A stretch of DNA of 50,094 nt. Origin: Candidatus Bathyarchaeia archaeon (GTDB taxonomy: Archaea > Thermoproteota > Bathyarchaeia > Bathyarchaeales > Bathycorpusculaceae). The stretch spans positions 1 to 50,094 of the forward strand of contig JBEKGO010000017.1 in NCBI GenBank assembly GCA_050012755.1, in the 5' to 3' direction. A program made the translations under genes and the position numbers. Positions 39,789 through 49,335 of the stretch are shown here, in pieces; within the stretch, counting starts at the first letter, position 1, and the number at the start of each line of letters is the position of its first letter. Under the pieces are notes generated by a model. That model was not told the DNA's origin. It was given only the letters and a program-made list of their open reading frames with translations, and did not search any database.

Positions 39789-41600
39789 TTGGGAAACACA
39801 TTGGCAGCTAAGCTAACGTTTTACGGAGGAGTCGACGAAATCGGCGGAAACAAAATCTTACTTCAGACAGAAAACGGCTCCGTTCTTATGGATTTTGGAC
39901 GCAGAATGAATGAGTTCGGAAAGTTCTTTTCAGATTTTCTTCAAGCACGCAGCAAAAATGCACTAAGAGACATGCTTAGGCTGGGGATTCTGCCTAAAAT
40001 TGATGGTGTTTACACGCCATATTTGGTTGATATGACTGTTTTGTTTGAGAATGATCAGGTTAAAGATAAGGTTCCTTTAGGTGAAGCTTTGGATTATTGG
40101 AAAACTATAGATGTTTGTCCCTGCAATTCAGAGCATCCCGCGGTCGACGCTGTTTTTGTTTCACATGCTCATTTTGACCATATTCAAGATGTCAGTTTCC
40201 TTGATCCCCACATTCCAGTTTTCTGCACAGAGAAAACGAAGGTTTTGGCAAAGGCAATGACTGATGTTTCAGTCTCAGGTGTGGATGATCAATACTATAG
40301 AGTTGCCAAGAAAGTAACCATAAAGCAGAAAGATCCGCTGTTTAAGACGCTGTGTCCCGGCGAATGCGCATGGTGTGAAGAAAAAGAAGAGGAGCACCCG
40401 ATTGTTGAAGATCCAAAAACCAAATTCAAATTTACCTATGACATTGCTCCCCAATATAGAACCTTTAACACAGCTTCTGAAGGGCAGATTAAGGGCATTA
40501 AGTACAAGATGATTCCTGTTGGGCATTCGGTACCGGGCGCCTGCTCAATACTTCTCACCCTTCCGAACGGCAAAAGCATCCTATATACTGGAGACGTGAG
40601 ATTTCACGGAGCAAATGAAGTTTCAATCGATGACTATGTTCACTCAATCGGCGTAACAGTTGATGTTTTAATTACTGAAGGAACCAGAGTCAGCCAAGAA
40701 GAGGTTTTAACAGAAAACGAAGTTGAAAAAGAAATCAGAGCAGACATCAGTCATGCGCAAGGGTTGGTTCTCATAAATTTCGGTTGGAAAGACCTAACAC
40801 GTTTCAACACCGTTTACCAAGCAACAAAAGAAAATAGACGAACCCTCTTAATTTCACCCAAACTAGCATACCTGCTTTACGAAATGCACTCCAATTTTCC
40901 AACAGAATATGCAGACCCAAGAAAAATACCTAATCTAAAAGTCTATTTGAAAAGAGAAGGCGACTTACTATACTCTAAAGCCGATTATGACAAGTATAGC
41001 ATGGGCTACCTACATTTTCATGGAAGAAACATTGCACAAGATGACCGAAATATTGTGCGTGTAGCAGAAAGACTTGGAGTAGGCGGCAACCCAAACAACC
41101 CCAAAAACCCCTTACCGAAAACAAGCGAGAAAGAACCCTACGATTACAAAGAACTCTATGAGTTAGCAACTCATCATTTGGATAATGGAGTAAGAGCATA
41201 TGAAATTAGGAAGAACCCTAGCAAGTATGTTTTGATGTTTTCTTATTGGGATAAGAATGAGCTTTTTGACTTAATTCCGATAGATAACAACTCGAAGACT
41301 CTGTATGTTTCGGCTTCAACTGAGCCCTTTAGTGAAGAAATGGAGATTGACGAATCTAAAATGGTGAATTGGTTGGATTTCTTCAACATTAATTATGATT
41401 ATGAAACAAAAGATAAACAGATAATTTTCGTTAGAAGACATGCCTCGGGACACGCATCAAAAAACGAGTTGAAAGAGCTGATAAAGAGGATAAACCCGGA
41501 AAAAATAGTGCCCATTCACACAACTAATCCAGAGCTGTTTGAGGATATGTTTCCTGGGAGGGTAATTTTGCCCAAATATGCCCAACCAATTGAAATATAG
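39789..41600 (+). CDS. MBL-fold / beta-CASP metallo-hydrolase (RNase J-like)
   Basis: GGVDEIGGN, SHAHFDH, GHSVPG, YTGD, HASGH, PIHT. Confidence 0.85.
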   Translation: MGNTLAAKLTFYGGVDEIGGNKILLQTENGSVLMDFGRRMNEFGKFFSDFLQARSKNALRDMLRLGILPKIDGVYTPYLVDMTVLFENDQVKDKVPLGEALDYWKTIDVCPCNSEHPAVDAVFVSHAHFDHIQDVSFLDPHIPVFCTEKTKVLAKAMTDVSVSGVDDQYYRVAKKVTIKQKDPLFKTLCPGECAWCEEKEEEHPIVEDPKTKFKFTYDIAPQYRTFNTASEGQIKGIKYKMIPVGHSVPGACSILLTLPNGKSILYTGDVRFHGANEVSIDDYVHSIGVTVDVLITEGTRVSQEEVLTENEVEKEIRADISHAQGLVLINFGWKDLTRFNTVYQATKENRRTLLISPKLAYLLYEMHSNFPTEYADPRKIPNLKVYLKREGDLLYSKADYDKYSMGYLHFHGRNIAQDDRNIVRVAERLGVGGNPNNPKNPLPKTSEKEPYDYKELYELATHHLDNGVRAYEIRKNPSKYVLMFSYWDKNELFDLIPIDNNSKTLYVSASTEPFSEEMEIDESKMVNWLDFFNINYDYETKDKQIIFVRRHASGHASKNELKELIKRINPEKIVPIHTTNPELFEDMFPGRVILPKYAQPIEI

Positions 41601-41698
41601 CAAAAAAATCGAAGAATGCGCTTAGGGGCTTGATTATGGAAAACCTTTATTACCTAAAAAAGTCATCAGGGATTCACTCCAACTAGAAGTGAACTTAC

Positions 41699-42601
41699 TT
41701 GAAAAAGATAGTAGCCTTCGTAATTATTGCAGCTTTGGTTTTAGCTGCTTTTACTGTGCTTGCAGGAAATGTGAAAGCGGAATCTTCTGAAACTATCGTT
41801 TTAACTTACAGTCGGTATATTGCTCCTTCAACCTCAACTCTTGCATCTGCGCCTGGCGATTTAATTGTGGTCGGTGAGTTACAGAATATCGGCCCAAACA
41901 TCATTGAAAATATGACTGTTCAAGGAACCGCGATAGGCGCCAATGGACAGACTTTGGCTGTCACCACTTCGATAGCTTTTGTGTATTATATGGCTCCTGG
42001 TCAGAGAGCTCCTTTCTATCTTGATTTTACAGCTCAAAGCAGTCAAACTCAAGACCTAACTTGGATTCCCTCAGTAAGTCAAGTGGTGTTTACATTTCCT
42101 TCTGTTGTGCATGCTAATACGAGACAGTATTCAGATGCAAAAGTGGTTCATGAAATAAATTACACTGATAATTCAGGTCTTTATGTTATTCGTGGAATAG
42201 TTGAGAATGATGGTGGCCTTGTAGATCAGAACCCTTGGGTTGTTACAACTTTTTATAATGCTTCTGGATCGGTTATAGGTTTGAACTACACGAATTTCTT
42301 AACCGACACGCTTTCGCCTAACGGCGGAGTTCCGTTTTATGCGACACCTGTCGACAACGATACGCAATTAACAAGTCAAATAGTAAGTTATGCTTTTCAA
42401 GTTGACTCATTAACCCTTACCAACTCCTCAACATCCTCGCCAACGTCTACACCTACCTCCTCCGGCTCAGCTTCACCAGCCGGGCAAATCCCAATTCTGC
42501 CAATAGTAATCGTTGTAGTGCTCGTTGCAGTTGCTCTTGTCGCTTTGATGCTGTTTAGAAGCCGCAGAAAACCGTTGCCGCCTCCTCCTCCAACAGAATA
42601 A
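41699..42601 (+). CDS. Secreted membrane-anchored protein with two Ig-like (FxLYD-like) domains
   Basis: Signal peptide; VGELQN / GIVEN...TFYNASG; Ser/Thr linker, TM, poly-Pro tail. Confidence 0.7.
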   Translation: MKKIVAFVIIAALVLAAFTVLAGNVKAESSETIVLTYSRYIAPSTSTLASAPGDLIVVGELQNIGPNIIENMTVQGTAIGANGQTLAVTTSIAFVYYMAPGQRAPFYLDFTAQSSQTQDLTWIPSVSQVVFTFPSVVHANTRQYSDAKVVHEINYTDNSGLYVIRGIVENDGGLVDQNPWVVTTFYNASGSVIGLNYTNFLTDTLSPNGGVPFYATPVDNDTQLTSQIVSYAFQVDSLTLTNSSTSSPTSTPTSSGSASPAGQIPILPIVIVVVLVAVALVALMLFRSRRKPLPPPPPTE

Positions 42602-42640
42602 CTTTGTTTCAAGAAACTGCTGACTTATTTTCTCAGTTCT

Positions 42641-42792
42641 TTTCCATACTTTTCTATACTTTTTTGTACGTTCCTATCCTTTTCCATACGTTCCCATACG
42701 TTTCTGTAGGTTTTCATACGTTTTAGTACGCAACCTGCAACCAATTCAAACCTCAAATCAAAAAAGCAAGCCAAAACACAAGAATAAAATTT
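42641..42792 (+). repeat. Decamer-array + core element, copy 3 (motif TACGTT)
   Basis: 9 decamers TTYYNRTACK 42641-42730; core 42730-42792. Confidence 0.9.
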
Positions 42793-42800
42793 GGGGATGG

Positions 42801-42938
42801 TTTGCTTAGGTTTGCGTAGGTTTGCTTGCTTTTGCTTCTGTTTGCATGTTTTTGCTTTTATTTGCTTCCTTGTACGCAGCCTGCAAACGATTTAAGGTTA
42901 GATTCAAAAAAGCAATCCAAAATATAAAGAAAAAATTT
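42801..42938 (+). repeat. Decamer-array + core element, copy 4 (motif TTTGC)
   Basis: 7 decamers starting TTTGC plus TGTAC junction; core GCAGCCTGCAAACG 42876-42938. Confidence 0.88.
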
Positions 42939-43145
42939 GCGTGAAAATCCGCCAATAATTAACTACTACAAGTTTATTAGATAAATTTTAGAAAAGTCAA
43001 AATGAATCTAAAAAAGTTCTTACTGAAAATCTATGGGAGAGCTTTGCCTAAACTAAGCAGAATATGAACAAAAGCGAAGCCTCTCAAGTAGCCTAATTGC
43101 TACAAGATGAAAATGTAGTCGCTTGATATATCTAGCAAAGAGCCT

Positions 43146-43355
43146 TCAAATTCTTGAAAAGTATTCCAGTGGCGCATACCAGTAAATCATTATCGCTTTC
43201 TTGCAACCGGGCTTCTCGCATTTATGAATCTTCCTAACAATTCTACCGTAATAACTCTCAGGCATAGGCTTCACCAATGAAAAAGCGTTATGCAGTTTAT
43301 CCGGCGGATCAACTTCCAAAATTTCAAAACAGAAAGGGCATTCTATAGTCGCCAC
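43146..43355 (-). CDS. Small Zn-ribbon-like protein
   Basis: CPFC...CEKPGC; GTG start with GAGGG SD. Confidence 0.65.
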   Translation of the reverse strand: MATIECPFCFEILEVDPPDKLHNAFSLVKPMPESYYGRIVRKIHKCEKPGCKKAIMIYWYAPLEYFSRI

Positions 43356-43457
43356 AATACACCCTCACAAACACTTATGTATGTCTATGCTAAAAGATTT
43401 TTCGCATCAAAACAAAAAGAACCAAAAAATTCTGTTAGAGCTGAAACACCTGCAAAT

Positions 43458-43733
43458 TCATTTTTGAAAGCTTTTTAAGACTTTTCTTTTATCCAAATAG
43501 CTTATCAGAATCACTCCTAAAAAAACAAGTAAAATTGCAGCCAAAATAGTTGAGAAAATGGCGAGATAAACATCGATATAAATTTTAAAAAATATGTACC
43601 TGTAAAAATTACTCACTGAACCAAAAATAAAAAATGACTCCAAAGCCAAAAGCCCAACTACCGCTAAGCGATCTTTAGTTTTCTGGTTAAGCGGCTTAAT
43701 CTTCCTTCTCTCCTCGAAGACTTTACTTGGCAG
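43458..43733 (-). CDS. Small membrane protein (possible CTG start)
   Basis: Frame open upstream of track start (43649) to CTG 43733; basic N-terminus + 2 TM. Confidence 0.5.
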   Translation of the reverse strand: MPSKVFEERRKIKPLNQKTKDRLAVVGLLALESFFIFGSVSNFYRYIFFKIYIDVYLAIFSTILAAILLVFLGVILISYLDKRKVLKSFQK

Positions 43734-43888
43734 ACGACATAAATAAAGTTACAAAATTAAAAAAGTTAACTAAAAAGAACTGACCCTAAGCAACATCTAC
43801 CAATCAAACATTTTTTTGCCATGATCTCATCCAAGAAATGTCTAAAAGGCGACAAACTGCGCTTAGAAAAAGGTCAAAATCAAAAGAT

Positions 43889-44023
43889 TTACAGACGCCC
43901 ACCGAGAACGCCCGCAACTATTGAAATTATAAAAAGCACAATAATACCAACAACTATGATTTTTTTAATTGAAGACTTCATTTGCTCTATTTCCGTGATC
44001 CTTTGCTGTGATATACTCGGCAT
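43889..44023 (-). CDS. 44-aa single-TM peptide
   Basis: MPSISQQRITEIEQMKSSIKKIIVVGIIVLFIISIVAGVLGGRL; below track cut-off. Confidence 0.5.
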   Translation of the reverse strand: MPSISQQRITEIEQMKSSIKKIIVVGIIVLFIISIVAGVLGGRL

Positions 44024-44111
44024 TTGAATTTAGGCTTTGTGAATTCAGAATTAAGCTAGATTTTGGGTTTTTTAGCAAGTCTCAAATTTGCAGGGTGATT
44101 TCATTTATTTT

Positions 44112-44660
44112 TCAACCTTCAAAGCCCAAATGTTTCCTAAATATTTCTTCTCGCCATTTCCCTTCCCAACTTGCCCAACCAGTCTTCACAAGACTCTCCC
44201 GCAAATGAGGACTCTCAGCAACCCAATCAAGAAAACTCCAAAACCGGCTCTTATCCTCAAGCATTTCCCGCGGCACACCTTTTTCAACACACCACCTAAC
44301 ATAGGCATCATCCACCAATTGCCTAAGCATACCAGTAGATGGGACTTTTTTGACTTTGAACCCCAGCTTCTGCAGATGCTCAATTACGGTGGACAGAACG
44401 TATTCTGAGCAAACATCAAAGCAGGTTTCACTATCAGGCTGCATCACCGCCACAATTTCATCTGCAATCTTTACAGCATCATCCAAGTATTTCTTGTTGC
44501 GAAAGTTTGGCGGCTGAAATGAAGAGGTGGAAATTCTGCGTTCCAAAAGCATCGGCGCTGGTGGCTTAAGCGCGCCCACAACAACACCCAATAAGAGGTC
44601 ACTCCATCCTGACGCATCAATCAAAATCATTTTGCCTGGAAGAAAACAATCCAACGCCAT
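44112..44660 (-). CDS. Hypothetical protein, possible RNase H-like fold
   Basis: ILIDASGWSDLLLGVVVG resembles the RNase HII N-terminal strand motif; alternative ATG at 44630. Confidence 0.55.
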   Translation of the reverse strand: MALDCFLPGKMILIDASGWSDLLLGVVVGALKPPAPMLLERRISTSSFQPPNFRNKKYLDDAVKIADEIVAVMQPDSETCFDVCSEYVLSTVIEHLQKLGFKVKKVPSTGMLRQLVDDAYVRWCVEKGVPREMLEDKSRFWSFLDWVAESPHLRESLVKTGWASWEGKWREEIFRKHLGFEG

Positions 44661-44720
44661 ATCTATTCCGCCAGCAACTCAACGACCTTTTACAATACTT
44701 TCTAGGCCTCAGATATAAGT

Positions 44721-44850
44721 TAATTTTTGTTGTTTGTGTTTCAGTTTGCTTCCTTGATTTAGGATTTGACGCGTTTGCGGGTTGCGTCTCTATGCGTATC
44801 TGTGCGTCTCCACGCGTCTCTACCCGTCTCGTAGCGTCTCCTTGCGCCCA
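44721..44850 (-). repeat. Decamer-array + core element, copy 5 (motif GAGACG)
   Basis: Core reverse complement 44721-44785; 6-7 decamers with CGTCTC on + strand. Confidence 0.9.
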
Positions 44851-44867
44851 GAAAGTCGTGAAAGTGC

Positions 44868-45009
44868 AATTTTTTTCTTTGTGTTCCGGGTTGCTTTTTT
44901 GAAGCCGAATCTGATTCCTTTGCAGGCTGCGTCACCATACGTCACTAAACGTCATAGAAGTCATTAAACGTTAATACACGTCACCAAACGTCACTATAAG
45001 TCACCACTC
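44868..45009 (-). repeat. Decamer-array + core element, copy 6 (motif TGAC)
   Basis: Core reverse complement 44868-44930; 8 GTCA-starting units (one 9-mer). Confidence 0.9.
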
Positions 45010-45057
45010 ATCAAAAGCTAAATTATCAAAAAAGTTGACATAATTAAAAGGCCAATG

Positions 45058-45516
45058 TCATTTAGGGTCGTCCAGCAATTTAGCCCGCAACAGACGCCTC
45101 TCAGTCAATAAACCAACCATACTCTCGCCCTTAAGAACCACCAATCTTCTAACATGATTATGCAGCATAATTTCAAGCGCATCCTCAACAGATCTGTCAA
45201 ACGAAATTGTAATCAGCGGCGCAGTCATTATTTCCTGAGCAACAATCTCTCGCGCATCCTTCCCAGCATAAATCACCTTTCGCACAAGGTCTCTCTCTGT
45301 CACAATACCTAAAGGTTCAGTATCTCGCATAACGATAACAGCGCCAATGTTACTGTTTACCATAAGTGAGGCGATTTCAGAGACGGTTTCTGAACGATTA
45401 ACAGTTGGAACAGGCATCCTGGCTATTGAACCAACAGTTACCCTTGATAAAGTAGAAGGTTTTCCATATGTGCTTTCGCCGATTTTCACAATCTTAACCT
45501 CAAATAAGATTTTCAC
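45058..45516 (-). CDS. CBS-domain pair protein
   Basis: GIVTERDL and GLLTERRL motifs; start uncertain. Confidence 0.85.
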   Translation of the reverse strand: MKILFEVKIVKIGESTYGKPSTLSRVTVGSIARMPVPTVNRSETVSEIASLMVNSNIGAVIVMRDTEPLGIVTERDLVRKVIYAGKDAREIVAQEIMTAPLITISFDRSVEDALEIMLHNHVRRLVVLKGESMVGLLTERRLLRAKLLDDPK

Positions 45517-45783
45517 TGTTTGACTTAATTAACTTACGATTGCACACTAACTAACTGATGCGGGCAACACGCATATGGCAAATTAGTTAAATATTTGATT
45601 CTTCTCTGTATTTTTGGGAGTAGTAAACAGCTTTCGCGGCGAGCTTAAGGGCAAACAACACAGTTGGGTTCAGCATGTTAATATGCTTGTTAAATGCCCC
45701 AACAATGACCGTCAGTAAACCCTTCAATGGCTTGCATGCCAAAGTTTGCGAACCTCTCAAAGTGAAAAGGAGAAAAACAAAAA

Positions 45784-48375
45784 ATGAAAATCTTAACCAA
45801 AAAAACAGCCGTAATTTTATTGGCTACAATTCTAATGATTTCAATGACGACATCACTATTACCCAAAACACTAGGCCAACTCACTAATCCAGCAGGAACT
45901 GTGCAGACATCATATCCTTATGTTAGAGTCGGTCCTAACCCCATAGGCGTCGGCCAAACTGCAACCATTATTATGTTTGTTGCTCAACCCACCTTAACCA
46001 GTGAACCCGTGACTGGCTGGACTGTCGTAGTAACTGATCCCAACGGAGTTAAAACAACACTTGGACCATTCGTATCAGACGCAACAGGAGGCACAGACAC
46101 GCTGTTCACTCCATCAATTGTTGGCAACTACACATTCCAAGGTTTCGTAGCTAGACAAGTGTTGTCCGATGGCACTATCTGGGCAGCCGGTACATCTAAC
46201 GTGGACACGCTTGTAGTACAATCAGCGCCTGTATCGCTTAGTAATTATCCGATAACTCCGCTTCCGACTTCATGGTGGCAAACTCCAGTTACCGCTGAAA
46301 ACGTACAAAACTGGTATGCAATCTCTGGACCTTGGCTTGGATATGGTATTAACGCTTTTGCTATCACTGGAGGATACAACAATACACAAAACCAGTATAA
46401 TCCCTACACTCTACCAGTAATGTCTGGTCACATCCTCTGGACGAAGCCTTGGGCTACCGGCGGTGTAGTTGGAGGAAACGCAGGCGGAAATGAGGTAAGC
46501 AGCCACTTCTGGTCAACCGACCAATACTGGCCTAAATATGCACCAGTTGTAATGAACGGAATAATGTACTCCACCCAATTTGACACAGACACATCAAACA
46601 ATCACGGCACAATTGCAACAGACTTATACACTGGAAAAACACTCTGGACACTCAACAGCACTAGTGGCAACTTAGTTTGTGGCATGGAAACTTTCTATAA
46701 GAATGCTAACCAATACGGCACAGTCGGTCCATACATCGTTACCATGGGAGTCCTCCCAGGACTTACGTCTCCGAGCGGGACAGCATACAACCTTTGGGAT
46801 GCAATGAACGGACAATATGCAGACAGCATCATAAACGCGCCCGCAATGGGTTCATTTGGTCCGTTCGGAGGACCAGAATGGGGCGCAGATGACAACGGAA
46901 ACTTAATCGCGTACTACGTTGACAGCACTAATGCGTCTCAACCGATGCTTCAATTGTTTAACATGACAGTTGCTCTTGGTGAGGCCTTTAATTTCGGGTG
47001 GAATCCACCGCAAGGCGGCATTTTCAATTGGACCGCTGGACTAGAATGGTCTAAACCAATATTCACAAGCGTTAATGGCGGAGCATTAAAGACAGGACTC
47101 GCAGTAAACGGAGTAACAGACAATACAGTAATATTGACTGGCGAATACACTTTCGGACAATTCTACGGCGGATTACAACAAGGCTACAACATTGTAGCAG
47201 GCATGGACGCAACAACAGGAGCTCAATTATGGATTAAGAACTTCACATCAGCCGATACTCCATCGTTAGCACCGTGGACAAGGACACAAATGCAAATTTT
47301 CGACGGACTATGGGTTCAAGTAAACCAAGATAATGATGCTATAATCGCAGTAAATGCAAGAGATGGCAGCATTGCATGGCAATCAACTCTACCTGCTGGC
47401 ATAAACAGTAATGGCTACGACGTGTTCAACCTCAGAACCTACAACGGACTAGGTTGTCTAGTATGCGTAGGCTTCGGAGGAGACATCTGGTGCGTTAACG
47501 AAACAAACGGAAAAACGATATGGCAAACGAATACCATCAGCCTACTAGGCAATCCAGGGCTTGAAACTCCCTACGCTACATGGCCACTATGGACTTTCAT
47601 ATGCGATTGCATAACCAACAACGTAGGATACTTCGCAGTCGGCCACGAATACAACCCACCGCTATTCCACGGAGCACAACTAATAGCGCTCAACATGACA
47701 AATGGACAATTCATATGGAGCGTACTGGACATGTCCATTGAATCCACAGAAATCTCATATGGCATCATGCTATCACGCAATGCTTACGACAACCAAATAT
47801 ACGCTTTCGGCAAAGGGCCAAGCACAATGACTGTTACAGCCCCCAACATCGGAGTTACAACCGCTACCCCAATAACCATAACTGGCACAGTAATGGATAT
47901 CTCTGCAGGCGCATCGCAAGATGCAGTTGCAAAGAACTTCCCCAATGGTATCCCATGCGTTTCTGACGCTAGCCAGAGTCACTGGATGGAATATGTATAC
48001 GAGCAGCAACCGATTCCGGCTAACACTACTGGTGTTCCAATCACTTTAAGCGTCATTGATGCCAACAACAACTTTAGGACAATCGGCACTACCACAAGCG
48101 ATGCCAGCGGCACTTACTCATTTACATGGACACCTGACATACCTGGCGCATACGCAGTCATCGCATCATTTGGAGGCTCCAACTCATACTACGGATCAAC
48201 AGCTGAAACCCACTTCTACGCAAGCTCGCCAGCAGCAACGGCTACACCAGCAGCTACACCAGCAACGGGCCTAGTAAACAACACAACGCTAGAATACGGA
48301 ATCATAGCAATCATAATCGTCATCATCATAATCGGCGCAGTCCTAGCACTGTTGATTATGAGAAAACATCCATAA
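45784..48375 (+). CDS. Secreted, membrane-anchored PQQ-like beta-propeller protein (paralog 3)
   Basis: Close to 13651..16314 (SWWQTPV, GHILWTKPW, GHEYNPPLFHGAQL); AGGAG SD; TM + KHP. Confidence 0.85.
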   Translation: MKILTKKTAVILLATILMISMTTSLLPKTLGQLTNPAGTVQTSYPYVRVGPNPIGVGQTATIIMFVAQPTLTSEPVTGWTVVVTDPNGVKTTLGPFVSDATGGTDTLFTPSIVGNYTFQGFVARQVLSDGTIWAAGTSNVDTLVVQSAPVSLSNYPITPLPTSWWQTPVTAENVQNWYAISGPWLGYGINAFAITGGYNNTQNQYNPYTLPVMSGHILWTKPWATGGVVGGNAGGNEVSSHFWSTDQYWPKYAPVVMNGIMYSTQFDTDTSNNHGTIATDLYTGKTLWTLNSTSGNLVCGMETFYKNANQYGTVGPYIVTMGVLPGLTSPSGTAYNLWDAMNGQYADSIINAPAMGSFGPFGGPEWGADDNGNLIAYYVDSTNASQPMLQLFNMTVALGEAFNFGWNPPQGGIFNWTAGLEWSKPIFTSVNGGALKTGLAVNGVTDNTVILTGEYTFGQFYGGLQQGYNIVAGMDATTGAQLWIKNFTSADTPSLAPWTRTQMQIFDGLWVQVNQDNDAIIAVNARDGSIAWQSTLPAGINSNGYDVFNLRTYNGLGCLVCVGFGGDIWCVNETNGKTIWQTNTISLLGNPGLETPYATWPLWTFICDCITNNVGYFAVGHEYNPPLFHGAQLIALNMTNGQFIWSVLDMSIESTEISYGIMLSRNAYDNQIYAFGKGPSTMTVTAPNIGVTTATPITITGTVMDISAGASQDAVAKNFPNGIPCVSDASQSHWMEYVYEQQPIPANTTGVPITLSVIDANNNFRTIGTTTSDASGTYSFTWTPDIPGAYAVIASFGGSNSYYGSTAETHFYASSPAATATPAATPATGLVNNTTLEYGIIAIIIVIIIIGAVLALLIMRKHP

Positions 48376-48413
48376 AGTGGAAGCAAACACAAAAAACCAC
48401 TTTCCCTTTTTTT
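48374..48413 (+). terminator. Hairpin + oligo-T terminator
   Basis: AAAGTGG...CCACTTT followed by CCC-T7 immediately after stop. Confidence 0.55.
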
Positions 48414-48555
48414 GTTTTGTAAAATAGCCAAACTGTAGAATTTATTTCGTCCCGAAAAGACCTTAAAAGTTGACTATTGAGGAACTTGAAATTTCTTCAG
48501 TTGTTACTTCAGAAATTAAAACACCGCAATCAAGTTGTTGATGTGTTTTGTAGCA

Positions 48556-48668
48556 TGTTCTGTTCTTTGTGTTTTGAGTTGCTTTTTCAATTTGGGGTTT
48601 GATTTGTTTGCAGGTTGAGTCTGGAAAAGTCCAAAAAAGTCTAAATAAGTCCAAAAATGTTCATGACA
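48556..48668 (-). repeat. Decamer-array + core element, copy 7 (motif GACTT)
   Basis: Core reverse complement 48556-48618; 5 units GTCY...AA. Confidence 0.85.
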
Positions 48669-48715
48669 GAAAAATGAAATAAAGTGAAGGCTAGCTGGGG
48701 TTCCATATTTTTGAC

Positions 48716-48880
48716 TAAATTTTGTTCTTTGTGTTTGGGGTTGGTTTTTTGGTTTAGGGTTTGTGGTGTTTACAGATTGAATCACTAGAAGTCATAGGAA
48801 GTCACCAAAAGTCATAGAAAGTCACTAAAAGTCCCTACAAGTCATAAAACGTCACACAACGTCACTATCCGTCAAAATCT
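48716..48880 (-). repeat. Decamer-array + core element, copy 8 (motif TGAC)
   Basis: Core reverse complement 48716-48780; 10 decamers starting mostly GTCA. Confidence 0.9.
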
Positions 48881-48887
48881 CAAAAAG

Positions 48888-49079
48888 CTATTTTGAACCC
48901 CGATCAGACTCGCCCCAATCCAAATCCTCTAACTCAACAACACTAAGAGACCTATCCTTTCCAACCTCAAGTTCAGTTCCACAATCAGGACACTGAATAA
49001 TTTCTCCCGGCTCAGCATACCTCAAAAAATCTGGCTTACTAGAAAAATCAAACCCACACTCAGGACACCTTTCACTCAT
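48888..49079 (-). CDS. lysW: LysW/ArgW-like amino-group carrier protein with C-terminal extension
   Basis: CPECG...GEIIQCPDCGTELEV...DWGE followed by SDRGSK. Confidence 0.7.
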   Translation of the reverse strand: MSERCPECGFDFSSKPDFLRYAEPGEIIQCPDCGTELEVGKDRSLSVVELEDLDWGESDRGSK

Positions 49080-49335
49080 CAATCAAACCCCCACAACCCA
49101 AACAATCATACCCAGGTCACAATCACAAATCGCTCTAATCAAATAAATAACCTTGCACTCTACCCTTCATTTGTTGAATCGTGGACAGCTTTCTTCATGT
49201 TTAGGCGTGCATGAGAAATTTTGTGGAAAATGTTTTGACAAATACAGCAACAGTAATGATTTTGAGACTGTGGGGTCGTTGCAAAATTGATAAGCCAGTT
49301 AAAGTGTAATAGATTATCCGATGTGGGGGTTGAAA

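Noticed and set aside
48463-48785. Element core as a conserved peptide (QPAN...KKQ..TQ..KF) and track ORFs over elements (44782, 48463, 48516)
   Set aside because: Copies 3 and 4 have stops in that frame, no consistent start exists, and 10-bp units do not preserve frame.
24571-48880. Decamer arrays as CRISPR arrays
   Set aside because: Period is 10 bp with no 25-40-bp repeats, no spacer-length unique segments and no cas genes in the window.
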